From contig JBHLPF010000051.1 in the NCBI GenBank assembly GCA_048939765.1, positions 1 to 18,407 of the forward strand: DNA of 18,407 bases, read 5' to 3'. Shown one piece after another: positions 16,045-18,407 of the stretch. This DNA comes from Promethearchaeota archaeon (GTDB taxonomy: Archaea; Asgardarchaeota; Thorarchaeia; Thorarchaeales; Thorarchaeaceae). The translations under genes were made by a program, and so were the position numbers. The notes beneath the pieces are model-generated. The model did not search any database and was not told the origin of the DNA. It saw only the letters and a program-made list of their open reading frames with translations. Each line of letters opens with the position of its first letter. Position 1 is the stretch's first letter.

Positions 16045-16290
16045 TCAGGCGGGCAGATAGATCCACTGGCGCATGTCTTGAAGGCAAGGTATACGTTTGA
16101 TCAACTTCTTCCTGAGTAGTTTCCGCAGCGCATATCTAACGGTTCTCGCAGCAAAAGGAACTTCCTGAAGAAGCTGCTTTGGTGTCACGCCTTTCTTTCC
16201 TCTTGTTCTCATCAGGTCGAGCACGATGGTTTGACTCTTTGTCAGACTAATGTTATGCAGCTCCTCTCTGAGCTGTTCATCACTCATCAC
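16045..16290 (-). CDS. Small winged-helix (MarR-like) DNA-binding protein, 80-81 aa
   Basis: LTKSQTIVL...TPKQL......RTVRYALRKL...LI......DMRQWIY is the wHTH pattern with the wing DxR motif. Confidence 0.82.
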   Translation of the reverse strand: MMSDEQLREELHNISLTKSQTIVLDLMRTRGKKGVTPKQLLQEVPFAARTVRYALRKLLRKKLIKRIPCLQDMRQWIYLPA

Positions 16291-16344
16291 ACGAATTCAC
16301 CGTTTTTGTAGTTGATTCGCTGTCTAAATTAGGATTTAAGCACC

Positions 16345-16368
16345 TGTGACTGTGAGGATACAGTCACA
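16345..16368. promoter_or_regulatory. Perfect 9-bp inverted repeat, candidate operator
   Basis: TGTGACTGT-gaggat-ACAGTCACA, directly upstream of a TATA-like CTTAAAT (minus strand, 16340-16334) of the wHTH gene. Confidence 0.55.
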
Positions 16369-16641
16369 TTCACGGATATGAATAAACAATTGTTAACTGG
16401 TCGGATAATAGTCGTGCGATTGGCTTGATCACAGCGATGCAGAAATTACCTAATGGTGGAGCGATGAAAGCTGTCGATAGTCGGAAATAGGGATGAAGCA
16501 CCAATGCCATTATACTACAATATTCAACTGCGGAATATCATCCAAAGCCGTTCCTCATAGTGTAACTTTTATCAGGGCTTGGGAAAGGGGCAACCTAATC
16601 CCTCAGTGATCGTTGCGAACAGTGAAGGAATTGCGAAGCCT

Positions 16642-17334
16642 ATGCTACAAATCATTGAGTTTGCCCAGTTAGCGGCAGCATTCTTGTCAGGACTGTATAT
16701 TGCTACCTCACCGTGCATCTTCCCATTACTGCCACTCTTCCTGATTAGAAGTCTTGCATCTGCAGATGATAGGTCAAGGAGTGTAATCGTCACCATTGCT
16801 CTTACAGCAGGCATTCTGAGTTCGCTCGCCATATACTTCGCAGTTTCTGGATTGATTGGACGGTTTATAATTCAGAATTATACGATTTTCCAAGCTGTTC
16901 TTGGCGGAATTGTAATATTTCTCGGATTTGTGACTGTATCGTCCACTCTCAGAGAGAAGCTCCGATTGAACTCACTCAGCATTGGAAGCCAACCAGAAAA
17001 GCCAACCGGTCTCTCAGGAGTCTTTATTGTAGGATTTGGTTATTCTCTATTGGCAGCGCCTTGCTCAGGACCGGTGATTATTGGTCTGTTTGCATTATTC
17101 GGAGCACAGCCAGAAATCTCGGTGCAAGTAGTGATGTTCGTTCTATTGTCGATTGCTGTGATGATACCATATTTGGCAATAGCGCTAGCGACTGGAGAGG
17201 CCAGAACCAGGATAGCAATGCAGATTGCAAATTCAGCAAAAACCCTGGAATATCTGGTTGGCGGTCTACTCATTGTCATAGGGATTATCTTGATGTATCC
17301 ATGGCTCAACTCTTTCATATCGACGATAATTTAG
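16642..17334 (+). CDS. ccdA: CcdA/DsbD transmembrane-domain thiol:disulfide electron transporter, about 230 aa
   Basis: Two conserved Pro-Cys motifs (TSPCIFPLLP and AAPCSGP) and six hydrophobic segments. The start was moved from TTG 16579 to ATG 16642. Confidence 0.88.
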   Translation: MLQIIEFAQLAAAFLSGLYIATSPCIFPLLPLFLIRSLASADDRSRSVIVTIALTAGILSSLAIYFAVSGLIGRFIIQNYTIFQAVLGGIVIFLGFVTVSSTLREKLRLNSLSIGSQPEKPTGLSGVFIVGFGYSLLAAPCSGPVIIGLFALFGAQPEISVQVVMFVLLSIAVMIPYLAIALATGEARTRIAMQIANSAKTLEYLVGGLLIVIGIILMYPWLNSFISTII

Positions 17335-17417
17335 ATGGTGAAGAAAGGGCTCCAAAATAGGAGGGAAGGGAGAAGGAAACAGAGCAGGGCTCCGAGTCTT
17401 CTCCGGATCATATCGTA

Positions 17418-18275
17418 TCAATCTCTCCAGTCGAATGACTCAATGCCGCCCCATTTGCTCCTGCCAATTACCGCTCCAATAGCACCCATGAGGACTATAG
17501 ATAGGATTACAACTGCAAAGTTCTGGTAGTCGTTAAATCCTGAAGCGAAGAAATAGAACCACACAATGAGTAGGACTAACCATACAAAGCCTATGCCTGG
17601 ACCCACCCATCTGGGAATAGGACCCATTTCTGCATCAGTCACTGAAATGCCGACAGCCACTATGTAAACGACTAGTGTAACGACTAGACCTACTGTGATA
17701 TTGAAATAGAGGCCATATCCTCCGGCATAGACCCAAAGCCAGATGATCAGGAATGCGAAGTATGAATAGAGAGTCACTAGACCCAGCACTGCGCGCCCCC
17801 TGAAAGCCATGAATGCTTCCCGGGGAACTTGTGTCATCCAAGGACCTCCGGTTACTGCAATCAAGGTCGCAACTGATAGGATCATGACTGCGAAATTCTG
17901 GTAACCACTGTAAAATGTGGCATAGAAAGGCCACCAGAGCACTATGAAAATCAACCAGCCAATTCCAACTGTGATTGAGAGCCGTATTCTCCATGCTGAA
18001 GGAGCCCACATTATGGCATTGACCCAACCAATGAATAGGAAAGAAGCTCCTAGTACTGCGACATTCTCCCAGAATGTGTATCCTGTTCCGGCAAAGAAGA
18101 ACAGCCAGATCATTGCGAAAGCAACCCAAACAACAAAAGAAACAGCTGATGCATTTCCTTTCCTCTTTGTTCCTGACCAGCCGGAACGTCCTCTTCGAAC
18201 TGGTGCGGGAGGGGCGCTTTCCTCTTCCTCAGGAGCCTCAGCTGGCTCCTCTTCGTTATCATTCGAATACTCCAA
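17418..18275 (-). CDS. Hypothetical membrane protein with four internal two-helix repeats (about 8 TM) and an acidic/Pro-rich N-tail, 285 aa
   Basis: Repeat cores WLFFFAGTGYTFWENVAV, WWPFYATFYSGYQNFAV, WLWVYAGGYGLYFNITV and WFYFFASGFNDYQNFAV. TTG start preceded by GGAGG. Confidence 0.8.
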   Translation of the reverse strand: MEYSNDNEEEPAEAPEEEESAPPAPVRRGRSGWSGTKRKGNASAVSFVVWVAFAMIWLFFFAGTGYTFWENVAVLGASFLFIGWVNAIMWAPSAWRIRLSITVGIGWLIFIVLWWPFYATFYSGYQNFAVMILSVATLIAVTGGPWMTQVPREAFMAFRGRAVLGLVTLYSYFAFLIIWLWVYAGGYGLYFNITVGLVVTLVVYIVAVGISVTDAEMGPIPRWVGPGIGFVWLVLLIVWFYFFASGFNDYQNFAVVILSIVLMGAIGAVIGRSKWGGIESFDWRD

Positions 18276-18407
18276 GTTTCGTCCTCCACATATTGTGAAA
18301 CGAATCGACGAGCTAGTTGAAGTTCAATATAGTTAATAAACCTGTGCACTCAAGCGGTCCCTGCCAACTAGGGCTCTTCCAAACACCTTAAAGCAATAAT
18401 TTCAATT

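Noticed and set aside
17335-17417. AGGGCTCC direct repeat (17346, 17386) and GGAGAAG/CTTCTCC inverted repeat as a mobile-element scar or mini-CRISPR; ORF 17335..17529
   Set aside because: There are only two 8-bp copies and no transposase or cas gene. It is more simply a purine/pyrimidine-skewed terminator region between convergent genes.
1-18407. CRISPR arrays, tRNA/rRNA genes, IS elements, integrases and defence systems
   Set aside because: None was recognised by eye, and almost all of the sequence is accounted for by CDSs with short intergenic gaps. A covariance-model scan was not possible.

Overview
Gene-dense archaeal window with no mobile element, CRISPR array or rRNA/tRNA that I could see. 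The origin is probably Asgard (Thorarchaeia-like). That is inferred from the large TPR paralogs, the TrmB-MEDS regulator and GGAG/GGTG Shine-Dalgarno sites, and it has not been verified. Left part: the tail of a frameshifted TPR paralog, two complete TPR proteins, a stand-alone GcvH/LbpA-like lipoyl carrier, a DDAH-like amidinotransferase, dodecin and two small Cys-rich proteins. Central part (about 5.8-16.0 kb) is the main candidate for an undescribed system. It contains a GPH/MelB-type sugar symporter, a corrinoid methyl-carrier protein, three URO-D/MtaA-fold methyltransferases with three different metal-ligand sets, a divergent GH94-like glycoside-cleaving enzyme, and a TrmB-type regulator fused to a MEDS sensor domain. 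Together these suggest, as an inference, cobalamin-dependent O-demethylation of methylated sugars or glycosides. Right part: a small wHTH regulator with a perfect palindrome upstream, a CcdA-type redox membrane protein, and a membrane protein made of four internal repeats.
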